From NCBI GenBank assembly GCA_040829945.1, contig JBFOLN010000028.1:5195-69194 (forward strand): 64,000 bases of DNA, given 5' to 3'. A model generated the notes under the pieces. It ran no database searches, was not told the DNA's origin, and was given only the letters and a program-made list of their open reading frames with translations. Numbering within the stretch: position 1 is the stretch's first letter; each line of letters begins with the position of its first letter. Both the position numbers and the translations under genes were made by a program. The stretch comes from Ruegeria sp. (GTDB lineage: Bacteria; Pseudomonadota; Alphaproteobacteria; Rhodobacterales; Rhodobacteraceae). This document shows, one piece after another, positions 29,480 through 37,312 of the stretch.

Positions 29480-31663
29480 TCAGTTTCCTGCCGTAACCGA
29501 GCCAATCGACCAGAACATTGTCTCACCCGAGGCATCGTCGACACCATCGTTGTCGGTCATAACGAACGTCTCGCCCGTAGGCAGGATGGCAAGACCTTCG
29601 ATCTTGTCCAGAACGTAACCGCCAGTCGAGGTCAGATCTGGTATCAGGTCGCGGACTTCTTCTTTGCTGACTACGGGCAACTCGCCACCCAACGGAGCCG
29701 GGGTCATTTCCGACAGCGGGATACGGTAGATCTTTTTCGTCACAGCGCGGTGGTCGTGCTGATTGTCGCGCTCAATGACATAGACATGATCTCCGAAGGC
29801 CACAATTTCCGACAGTCCGACCCAGCCCCTTTCGGGATCAGCCTTGGGATAATGTACCGCGCCCCACTCCTTGCTGTCCAGATTGTAGGCAACCAGTTTC
29901 ACGTGGTTTTCCGGGTCGTCTTTCCATTCGCGCTGAACGGCCATCCACAGGGTGTCGCCGACCTTGGTGATGCCCTCAAATCCAAAGCGCTTTTCAACCG
30001 CCATCAGCTCCGGTGGCAGGCCGATCTCGCCCTTGCGATCCTTGATCAGGCCGTCCGGGCCGACGTGGTAGATTGCGTGCGGGATGACGCGGTCGGTGCG
30101 ACCTTCGGAGGCGACATAGAAGCCACCCTCACCATCCAGCGTGATGCCTTCCATGTCGATTTTCTGGGCCGGGTTGCCGTCCTGGCGGTGGATACGGATC
30201 ACATCCACAATGCGGGCCGGGGACTGACTGGGGTCGATTTTGAAGATCGACGGCTGAAAGCCGTAGAAGCTGTCATTGATCGCATAGATCATGCCGTCGT
30301 CGTCAGCCACAAGACCGGACAGGGCACCCCAACCAATAAGCTCGTCCGCACCTTCCGAGGTCAGATGCGGATATGCGGCAGGGGCATCCTGATATTCGAA
30401 AATCGATACATGGGCACGCGGGCCGCCATCTTCGATCAGGTCTTTTTCATTGGCTGAGATCAACAGATTCCGTTCGGGGATCGCAACGTAGCCTTCCGGA
30501 CCGACACCCGAGGGCAGTAGTTGTTTTAGAATCGGATTGGTGGGATCAGTCGCGTCGTAGACGCCCACGACCGAGGCACGCTCGGCACCCACAAAGATCA
30601 TCGGCGTGCCGCCGAAGGTGGCAGCGGTTACGCTTTCCGGCTCAACACCTTTGCTGTCCGAGCGTTTGTCGGGGTAGTGGCCGATCTGGATGATGGCTTT
30701 CTCGAATTCGGTGCCGTTCTCATAAACAACGGTGCCGTCTTTATGAAAGATGGTCCAACCACGCGATCCGCCCTTGTAATCGCCTTCATTGGCGGTGGCG
30801 AAGTGGTTGTCGTCGATCCATTTCACTGCATCAGGCTCGCGCAGGCGGTCCTTTTGGCTTTCGGTAAAGATCAGTGCACCGCGTTCATCGGTCGCGTCGA
30901 TGCCTTCCAAATCAACTGCACCCGCTGAGAAATGACTGATGACATTGCCGTCGCTGTCGACCACCGCGATGTGGTTGTTCTCCTGCAGGGTAATGACGGT
31001 TTCACCTAGGCCATTGATGTCAACGAACTCAGGCTCGGGATCAGTGGGGGCAACTTCGGCCAGTCCGGTCAGCGAGGTCATTTTCATGCCCGAACAATCC
31101 AGCGCGCCGTCATTAAGCGGCACCAACGCCAGCGACCCGGCAGGCAGCTGCGGGATGACGCCGTCGTTCAGGTCTTCGTCGCGCTCGTTTTCGATGGCCA
31201 CGGCGACAAAGCTGCCGTCGGGGGCGATGGCGACACTGTCCGGCTGACCGCCCAGATCACAGTCGCCGGTTTCCGCCTTGCCTGCGATATCAACCGAGAT
31301 CAGCTTGCCCGAGGGTACTGTGTAGCTTTCAGACGTGTTCACACCCACAAAAACCGTCGTGCCAACGATGCCGACCGAGGTTGGCTCGCCACCTACGGCC
31401 ATCGCGCCCAGCGGGGCTGGGTTCGCAGGGTCGGTGATATCCACCATACCGATCACGCCCAGTGGGCTGTCGGTATAGACAAGCGTCATACCATCGGCAG
31501 TCGCAGCGATGATCTCGGGCGAAGTTTCGCGATTGGTATCGGCCCCCTCAGCCATGTTTTTGACGACGGGGAAAGACGCAATTCGGTTGAAATTCATCTC
31601 TGCCATGGCCTGACCCGCAGTCAGGGCAAGGGCAGATGTCAGGCAAACACAGCGCAATGACAT
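29480..31663 (-). CDS. Secreted phosphatase-like protein (beta-propeller + esterase-like phytase domain)
   Basis: Signal peptide; GQPDSV, ENE, EPEF, TANEGD, SKGVEPE (alkaline-phosphatase-like propeller) and LSGL, EGI, GFEG, LSEI, IERD, KIEGL, DND (phytase-like domain); Pho box upstream. Confidence 0.8.
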   Translation of the reverse strand: MSLRCVCLTSALALTAGQAMAEMNFNRIASFPVVKNMAEGADTNRETSPEIIAATADGMTLVYTDSPLGVIGMVDITDPANPAPLGAMAVGGEPTSVGIVGTTVFVGVNTSESYTVPSGKLISVDIAGKAETGDCDLGGQPDSVAIAPDGSFVAVAIENERDEDLNDGVIPQLPAGSLALVPLNDGALDCSGMKMTSLTGLAEVAPTDPEPEFVDINGLGETVITLQENNHIAVVDSDGNVISHFSAGAVDLEGIDATDERGALIFTESQKDRLREPDAVKWIDDNHFATANEGDYKGGSRGWTIFHKDGTVVYENGTEFEKAIIQIGHYPDKRSDSKGVEPESVTAATFGGTPMIFVGAERASVVGVYDATDPTNPILKQLLPSGVGPEGYVAIPERNLLISANEKDLIEDGGPRAHVSIFEYQDAPAAYPHLTSEGADELIGWGALSGLVADDDGMIYAINDSFYGFQPSIFKIDPSQSPARIVDVIRIHRQDGNPAQKIDMEGITLDGEGGFYVASEGRTDRVIPHAIYHVGPDGLIKDRKGEIGLPPELMAVEKRFGFEGITKVGDTLWMAVQREWKDDPENHVKLVAYNLDSKEWGAVHYPKADPERGWVGLSEIVAFGDHVYVIERDNQHDHRAVTKKIYRIPLSEMTPAPLGGELPVVSKEEVRDLIPDLTSTGGYVLDKIEGLAILPTGETFVMTDNDGVDDASGETMFWSIGSVTAGN

Positions 31664-31722
31664 CGGTTGTTATCCTCTCCTACTTGGATGCAAGTGGGAT
31701 GGACGGGGTTTGTTGCGGGACT

Positions 31723-31751
31723 GTGACGGTTTTGATTCAGTTTGGTGACAA
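31723..31751 (-). promoter_or_regulatory. Pho box (PhoB binding site)
   Basis: Minus strand TTGTCAC-CAAA-CTGAATC-AAAA-CCGTCAC: 11-bp periodic CTGTCAT-like units upstream of the phosphatase. Confidence 0.65.
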
Positions 31752-31870
31752 GTTTGGTCGGGCGTTGCATACGAGACGCAGCCATCTATGCAAGCTCGCC
31801 CGAAAGTTGTCTGAACTATCTTTTCCCATCCGATTTTGCCAATCTTCGCGGGAATTTAGCACCCAAAGGG

Positions 31871-31910
31871 ATGTAAATAGGCATAACATTTCCTATGTTA
31901 TTGGGTACAT
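31871..31910. promoter_or_regulatory. Inverted-repeat operator upstream of the AAA operon
   Basis: ATAACAT-TTCCT-ATGTTAT (31883-31901), with outer ATGTA...TACAT. Confidence 0.55.
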
Positions 31911-31933
31911 AAGAAAAAAAGGGAATAGGACAG

Positions 31934-33013
31934 ATGTCGAACCAGCAATTCGAAGCTTTGATTCAGGAAACGCAAACTAAGGTCCGTGAAAGCCAATCAC
32001 AGATTGAAGGGCTGACCTCTCGGATCGAAGCGGCCCGCGCCAAGATTGGCACGGCTGAGGCCGATATCGACATCGAAAACGCCACGCTTGAAGATGTGCA
32101 TGCCCATACCGAGGTGATGAACGCAAATATCGCTGAGTTGATCATGGGTCTGGATGACGTCACCAACGCGTTTTCCAAGGATTTCGACGAGATGCGCTCG
32201 AAAACCGGGTGGGAATCGTTTGTCGGCATCTTCGCCAAGGGTAAATCTGAGTCGATGCGGCAAGAGCGGATGCGTACCGCCAATATTGACGACAAGTTGC
32301 AGGACCTGATCGCCAAGTCCGATGTGATCGTGAAACTGCTGGAAGGGCAATTGTCGGTGCTGGAGGAACAGCGGGTGAAGGTTGAGGACAATCTGACCGT
32401 CACGCTGGACGACCGCGAGGCGACCGTGGCTGAATTGGAAGCGTTGCGCGCTGAAATTCAGGGTATGGATCCGGCGATAATCACGCTGGAAAACAAGATC
32501 AGCGTCGAACAGGACGCTGCCGCGCGCACTCAGCTGGAAACCGAACTGGCCGAGCTGAACAAGCAATACAACGCCAAGGTTCAGGAAGAGCAGGTCAAAC
32601 TGGCCAAAAGCCAAACGCTGGAGCGGTATATCGAAAAGGGCAAGACCTGGGTCGATTCACTGCAGAACCAGGCGGCGACGCAGATGGTGCTGATCAACAA
32701 GCTGCAAACAGACACGCAGCAGCGTGTGGTCCTCTATGACGCTCTGACCAAATCGCTGAAAACCGCGCAGCAGCAGGACGTGGCCCATCGCATCAACGAG
32801 ATCGGCGTTCAAACGGACCAAGAGGCGCAAACCGCCATGGCCGCCATCGGCACCGCGACCAACCAGAAGATGGCCGACATGCTTGAGGCGCATGAGGATC
32901 ACATGGTCTTTGCCCGCGACGTGCTGGAGAAAAAGGCCAGGGCGGATGAACGCTTTGCCCGCCGGTTCGCCTCGATTGTCGAGAAGCATGACAAGAATTT
33001 GTATGGGGGGTAA
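31934..33013 (+). CDS. All-helical coiled-coil protein, remote TelA/YaaN-like
   Basis: 359 aa, E/Q/K/A-rich heptads; amphipathic 'GWESFVGIF'; 'LINKLQ....RVVLY' resembles TelA 'L.EKIQ....IPLW'. Confidence 0.75.
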   Translation: MSNQQFEALIQETQTKVRESQSQIEGLTSRIEAARAKIGTAEADIDIENATLEDVHAHTEVMNANIAELIMGLDDVTNAFSKDFDEMRSKTGWESFVGIFAKGKSESMRQERMRTANIDDKLQDLIAKSDVIVKLLEGQLSVLEEQRVKVEDNLTVTLDDREATVAELEALRAEIQGMDPAIITLENKISVEQDAAARTQLETELAELNKQYNAKVQEEQVKLAKSQTLERYIEKGKTWVDSLQNQAATQMVLINKLQTDTQQRVVLYDALTKSLKTAQQQDVAHRINEIGVQTDQEAQTAMAAIGTATNQKMADMLEAHEDHMVFARDVLEKKARADERFARRFASIVEKHDKNLYGG

Positions 33014-33370
33014 ATGGCCTCTTTCATATTGATGTTTGGCCCAATGGTCGTGTTGATGCCGGTATTGGCAATTGCGTTGGTTGTTTATGTATTAGCACTG
33101 TGGGTTTTGGCGCTTTTGGGCCTGCACAATGCAGCCAACGTGGAGGGTATCGCAGTTATTTTCGGAGTGCTGCTATTACCGGCCTACGTCTATTTCGTCG
33201 TCCGTATTGTGGTGCCAGCTTTTTGGTTCGGCATGGTGAATATGTATGAAGAAATACTTCACAGAGATGGTATGACGTCAGCCGAAGCCTTTGGTTTTTG
33301 GCGGGATCGTTTCCGGCTCGTCTTTGAAGATTGGGGCAGATACAGGAAATTTATCCGTGGTCGAAACTAA
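33014..33370 (+). CDS. AT-rich small membrane protein (variable cargo)
   Basis: 118 aa with 2-3 TM; abuts the upstream TAA and overlaps the downstream GTG; sampled line 33061-33120 is 27/60 GC. Confidence 0.7.
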   Translation: MASFILMFGPMVVLMPVLAIALVVYVLALWVLALLGLHNAANVEGIAVIFGVLLLPAYVYFVVRIVVPAFWFGMVNMYEEILHRDGMTSAEAFGFWRDRFRLVFEDWGRYRKFIRGRN

Positions 33371-34481
33371 CCCCACCCAAGATCATGTCGGTCTGACCGA
33401 CACCTTCGCCTCGCGACGTTATTTCCGCAAATTCGAGGTGATCACCGTCCACCTCCTGCGCGTGGCCGCGACGATGGAGGCAGAGGGCGCGATCAGCAAG
33501 CAAGAAGTGCGGATCGTGTCGCGCTACCTCTCGGGGCTGCTCTACACCTTCCGCGCGCTCAGCATGAAGTACCTGTTGGTCGGGCGCGATACGGGGAGGT
33601 TCTTTGGCAGCCTCGCCATGGACAAGCGCGACAGCGGATTTCCGGTTGCGACCGAGTTGCTGACCATGGCCAATGACGCGCAGCAGGCGCAGGTGCATCT
33701 GGCGAATATGCCCTCGGAAGACGACCTGAAAACCGACATGGTCCGGACAATCATTGGCGATCAAGAAATTCCCACCAAACTGCAATTCGCGCTGTCCCAA
33801 AGGCTCTATTACGAGGAATTATTGAAGGGTCAGTTGTTCTGGGCCCGCAATGACCCCGAATGCCACTGGATCGGGAATGAGGACGAGCGGCGCAAGTTCA
33901 TGATCCACTGGGCGGTTTATGACAGCCAGATCAACCTGCCGATCATCTATCTGATGCAGTTGGAGGACAGCGGCAAAACCGCTCTGCCCAAGGACCAACG
34001 CCGCTGGCCCGAGGTGCAAGCGCATCTGATGGCGCAGTCTCTGGGCGGGCTGAAACTGGTGACGATTGCCAAGGGCTTCGATCAGGATTTCGACGACCTG
34101 CACCCAAAACACATGCGTCGTATCCATGTGGGTCCGATGTACTCCTCGGCCTATACCGAGCAATCCGGCCCTCTGCGGCAGGTGCTGGAGGACGCGCAAT
34201 CTCCGCAAGGGCAGGATTGGGCGTTGGCCTGGACCACCGAGGAACTGAAAAGCGAAGAGGTGATCGAAGAGCGTGACGGGTGGTTCTCGAACGTCGAGCG
34301 CGAGGTCTTTGCGTTGGACCCGTTCGGCGGGCAGGGGGCCGAGACCGGGGCCAGCCGAACCCAGCGATCGATCATCCTGCCCCAGCGCCCCTTTCAGGTG
34401 CTGGCCGAACGCAACCCTCCGGGCTTTGCCGATGTGCGCAAGTTCGTGGTCAGCAAGGCCGGACAGGTGTTGAGATATTGA
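33357..34481 (+). CDS. Uncharacterised soluble protein (operon core)
   Basis: Long ORF with strong GC3 bias and a probable GTG start; no motif recognised. Confidence 0.8.
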   Translation: MVETNPTQDHVGLTDTFASRRYFRKFEVITVHLLRVAATMEAEGAISKQEVRIVSRYLSGLLYTFRALSMKYLLVGRDTGRFFGSLAMDKRDSGFPVATELLTMANDAQQAQVHLANMPSEDDLKTDMVRTIIGDQEIPTKLQFALSQRLYYEELLKGQLFWARNDPECHWIGNEDERRKFMIHWAVYDSQINLPIIYLMQLEDSGKTALPKDQRRWPEVQAHLMAQSLGGLKLVTIAKGFDQDFDDLHPKHMRRIHVGPMYSSAYTEQSGPLRQVLEDAQSPQGQDWALAWTTEELKSEEVIEERDGWFSNVEREVFALDPFGGQGAETGASRTQRSIILPQRPFQVLAERNPPGFADVRKFVVSKAGQVLRY

Positions 34482-34488
34482 GACCAGT

Positions 34489-34541
34489 GGCGGGCTGAAG
34501 CCCGCCCTACAGAATTTAAGTAGGCCGGGCTTCAGCCCGGC
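34489..34541. repeat. GTAG-family REP doublet (REPIN-like)
   Basis: GGCGGGCTGAAGCCCGCC-CTAC, 9-nt spacer, GTAG-GCCGGGCTTCAGCCCGGC: two inverted REP units, each with a GTAG tetranucleotide. Confidence 0.8.
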
Positions 34542-34556
34542 ATTGCGAGGAAAAAC

Positions 34557-36488
34557 ATGAGTTTGACGTCAGATCAGATGGAATTGCGCGAAGACGACAT
34601 TCGCAAACATTATCTTGCAGCGACTGCCTTGCTGAACGGTTTCGAGCATGCTCCGCGGATTGCCAAAGCGGTTGAAACGGCTGTCGAACGATCCCCTGGT
34701 GTCTCTACCGGGCGGCGCTTTCGGTCGACGACGCCAGGTTTGGTGACACGTCGTACTGCCCGCAAGGACGGAGTGCATCTGGTCGAGCGGATCGAAGCGT
34801 CAGATGACGGGGATACTCTGGTCTCACCGCCACAGGCGACTTCGCAACAGGCGATTCGACGTGCCATCGCAATCGCTCTGGCCGTGGCCGAGGCTTATGC
34901 GGAACAAACTCCGCTGGCCGATCTGAAACGTGCAAACCTTGCCGGAGATCTGCCTGCCGCCCGCAAGACCGAATTCTCGGAATTGCTGACCGCTGAGGCT
35001 CTGATTACGTTGCACTCTTTCGGCAACGCGCTGGCCTATCTCGTGTCCTCACATCTGGGCGAGACTACCGTTGATATTGGCGAGATCGAAGAAGTCCTTA
35101 CAGACAACGGCCAACTCGCCCTGCACGGCGCGCTGTGGGAGCTGGACCAGACCCTTGCCAAACACGCGCCCGACGATGCTCATCTGATCGCTGCGACCAG
35201 CGCCTATGCCGAACAACTGATGGAGAAAGCCGCCCTGCGCGCCCAGTCCGCAGGCCATCTGGCCCCGTTCCAGAATGCCGCGTGGCATATCGAGGCCGAT
35301 GACCTGACGATCCGAGGGTTTGAGCCCGCCTCCAAGGCCAAATCCACCACGCTCACCATGACGTTCAAGAAACCGAACGAGGTGGTCGGCAACCATATCG
35401 CCAAGTATCAGGCGATGAAGCTGGCCAAGATGGTCATGGCCTATGATTTCGACCGCCGCCTGAACCCGTTTGCCGAGCTTGGCGGGTTCATCTTTACCTT
35501 CATGGGCGACGGCAAACCGGGCACCGGCAAGACCACGCTGATCCAGATGATGGCGGGGCTGATCAACGACTATTGCCAGAACGCGGGCTATCCGTTTCGC
35601 TATCAGAACCTGAGCACCGACAATATCGACAGCTATCAGGGCAAATCCGGCCAGAACGCCAAGGCGTTTATCAATACGATCATCGACCCCTCGGTTATCG
35701 GCTTTGGCACCATCGACGATATCGACCAACTGGCGGGCAAACGCGGCGACCGGCAGTCGTCAGCCGGGCAGTTGGAAATCACCGCCGTACTGATGGAAAG
35801 CTTTGCGGGGGCCAACACCGTCGTGCGCGGCAACTGCACCTTTGGCATGTTCTCGAACTACCCCGAGAATGTGGACGACGCTCTGCGCCAGCGGGCGGGC
35901 GCGCGGTTCCTGGTGGACGGGCCGCAAACGCGTGAGGATTACATCGACATCCTGCACCTGCTGATGGGCCGCAACCACGACATCCCGCTGGGTGAGCACG
36001 AAGCCTATGCCGCGCAGGAGATCAAGAAGGCCGTCGCCGCCAGTTTCGAAAGCCATTCGCGCCCGCATGAGGGGGCCTTGCTGCAGATCTATGACCGAGT
36101 TTCCGGCGAGATCGGCCAGATGGACACAATCGCCAAACTGGGCACCTACCTAAAGGCGATCCAACAGGCGGATGAGCGGTTCACGGGCCGCGCGATCAAG
36201 AACATCACCGACGCGGTCAAGGTCCGCGCGATGGACTTCGAACTGCCCGACGATTGGATGGAAACCCCCGAGCTGTTCCTGTTCCGCGACTACGACACCA
36301 AGAAGGCCATGATCGAGGACCTGCGCCAGCCGATCACGGTGGACATGGTGGTGCAAGAGATCAACCGCTACGCCGACAGCGAGTTCCGCTATGCCGATAA
36401 GAGTGATGAGGTCGCCATCGAGAACGCCGTCCGCGAGATGGGCCGGATGGAAGAGGCCAAGCGGCGGTACTTGGAGGGGAAGGAGTGA
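34557..36488 (+). CDS. AAA+ ATPase (classical AAA clade) with long helical N-terminal domain
   Basis: Walker A GKPGTGKT, pore loop SYQG, Walker B GTIDDID, SRH SNYPENVDDALRQR. Confidence 0.9.
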   Translation: MSLTSDQMELREDDIRKHYLAATALLNGFEHAPRIAKAVETAVERSPGVSTGRRFRSTTPGLVTRRTARKDGVHLVERIEASDDGDTLVSPPQATSQQAIRRAIAIALAVAEAYAEQTPLADLKRANLAGDLPAARKTEFSELLTAEALITLHSFGNALAYLVSSHLGETTVDIGEIEEVLTDNGQLALHGALWELDQTLAKHAPDDAHLIAATSAYAEQLMEKAALRAQSAGHLAPFQNAAWHIEADDLTIRGFEPASKAKSTTLTMTFKKPNEVVGNHIAKYQAMKLAKMVMAYDFDRRLNPFAELGGFIFTFMGDGKPGTGKTTLIQMMAGLINDYCQNAGYPFRYQNLSTDNIDSYQGKSGQNAKAFINTIIDPSVIGFGTIDDIDQLAGKRGDRQSSAGQLEITAVLMESFAGANTVVRGNCTFGMFSNYPENVDDALRQRAGARFLVDGPQTREDYIDILHLLMGRNHDIPLGEHEAYAAQEIKKAVAASFESHSRPHEGALLQIYDRVSGEIGQMDTIAKLGTYLKAIQQADERFTGRAIKNITDAVKVRAMDFELPDDWMETPELFLFRDYDTKKAMIEDLRQPITVDMVVQEINRYADSEFRYADKSDEVAIENAVREMGRMEEAKRRYLEGKE

Positions 36489-37312
36489 AGAAAAAGGCTC
36501 TATATAAGCAAACTCCATTCATTGTAGGAGCTTTGCTCTCTGCAGTTGTTTTTGGAGTTTTTGCCTATTTCCTGTCCGTTGGTGAGGTCTGCAATTGGGC
36601 AGGGGCTTGCGAAACAAAATGGCAGTACTTGCAGAGTGCTTCTCCAAATGAAATCGGAGACACTCTTGCCGGGTTTGCTGGTACATTAGCGTTTATTTGG
36701 ATCGTCGTGACTGTGTGGTTACAAGCAGAAGAACTGCAGGAACAACGGCTCGAGTTCGCAACCATGAACTCCACCATGTCTGAGCAACTGTTCGAAACGA
36801 CGTTCTTTGAAATCATATCAACGCTGAATGATCTGGTTAATTCGATCGATTTGCACAACGTGCAAAATGGCCAAACCACAAGTGGTCGCGACTGTTTTAG
36901 TGTATTCTACACGCGGCTGAATAAACGGTTCAGAAAACTGCAAACCCAATCTCACCCGAAGGCACTAGAAATCGCATACAATAAGTTCTGGTTGGACTAT
37001 CAAGCGGAGTTGGGTCACTACTTTCGGTTCCTCTACCGAGCGTTTCTGCTCTTGAAGGAAAACCCAAGTGCCAAAGAGTATCACGTAAAGCTTCTGCGCT
37101 CACAATTATCAGATCAAGAGCTTCTTTTGATATTCTACAACTGTGTAACCGAAAATGGTAGTAAATTTAAAGAGTTAGCAACAAAGTTCGAGCTTTTCGA
37201 CAACCTTCCAACCGTCAAGTTGTTGGAGACTGAGCACGTGGACCTGATCAACAAAAAGAGTTTTGGCGGCAATCCAATGAAAACACCCAAGAACATTAGA
37301 GTGCCAAACTGA
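36485..37312 (+). CDS. Membrane-anchored putative phage abortive infection protein (putAbiC-like), AT-rich cargo
   Basis: 2 TM + PNEIGD; FETTFF, GRDCF, LGHYFR.LY, LLRSQLS..EL.LIFYN, F.LFDNL motifs; sampled lines 22-24/60 GC. Confidence 0.8.
   Translation: MKKKALYKQTPFIVGALLSAVVFGVFAYFLSVGEVCNWAGACETKWQYLQSASPNEIGDTLAGFAGTLAFIWIVVTVWLQAEELQEQRLEFATMNSTMSEQLFETTFFEIISTLNDLVNSIDLHNVQNGQTTSGRDCFSVFYTRLNKRFRKLQTQSHPKALEIAYNKFWLDYQAELGHYFRFLYRAFLLLKENPSAKEYHVKLLRSQLSDQELLLIFYNCVTENGSKFKELATKFELFDNLPTVKLLETEHVDLINKKSFGGNPMKTPKNIRVPN

Noticed and set aside
31934-33013. Direct call as PspA/IM30 or SMC
   Set aside because: Longer than PspA and lacks its recognisable N-terminal pattern; no Walker motifs for SMC.
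34489-34541. CRISPR-like repeat or integron attC interpretation of the palindromes
   Set aside because: Only two inverted units, no spacer array, no cas or integrase gene; the GTAG-REP reading fits better.
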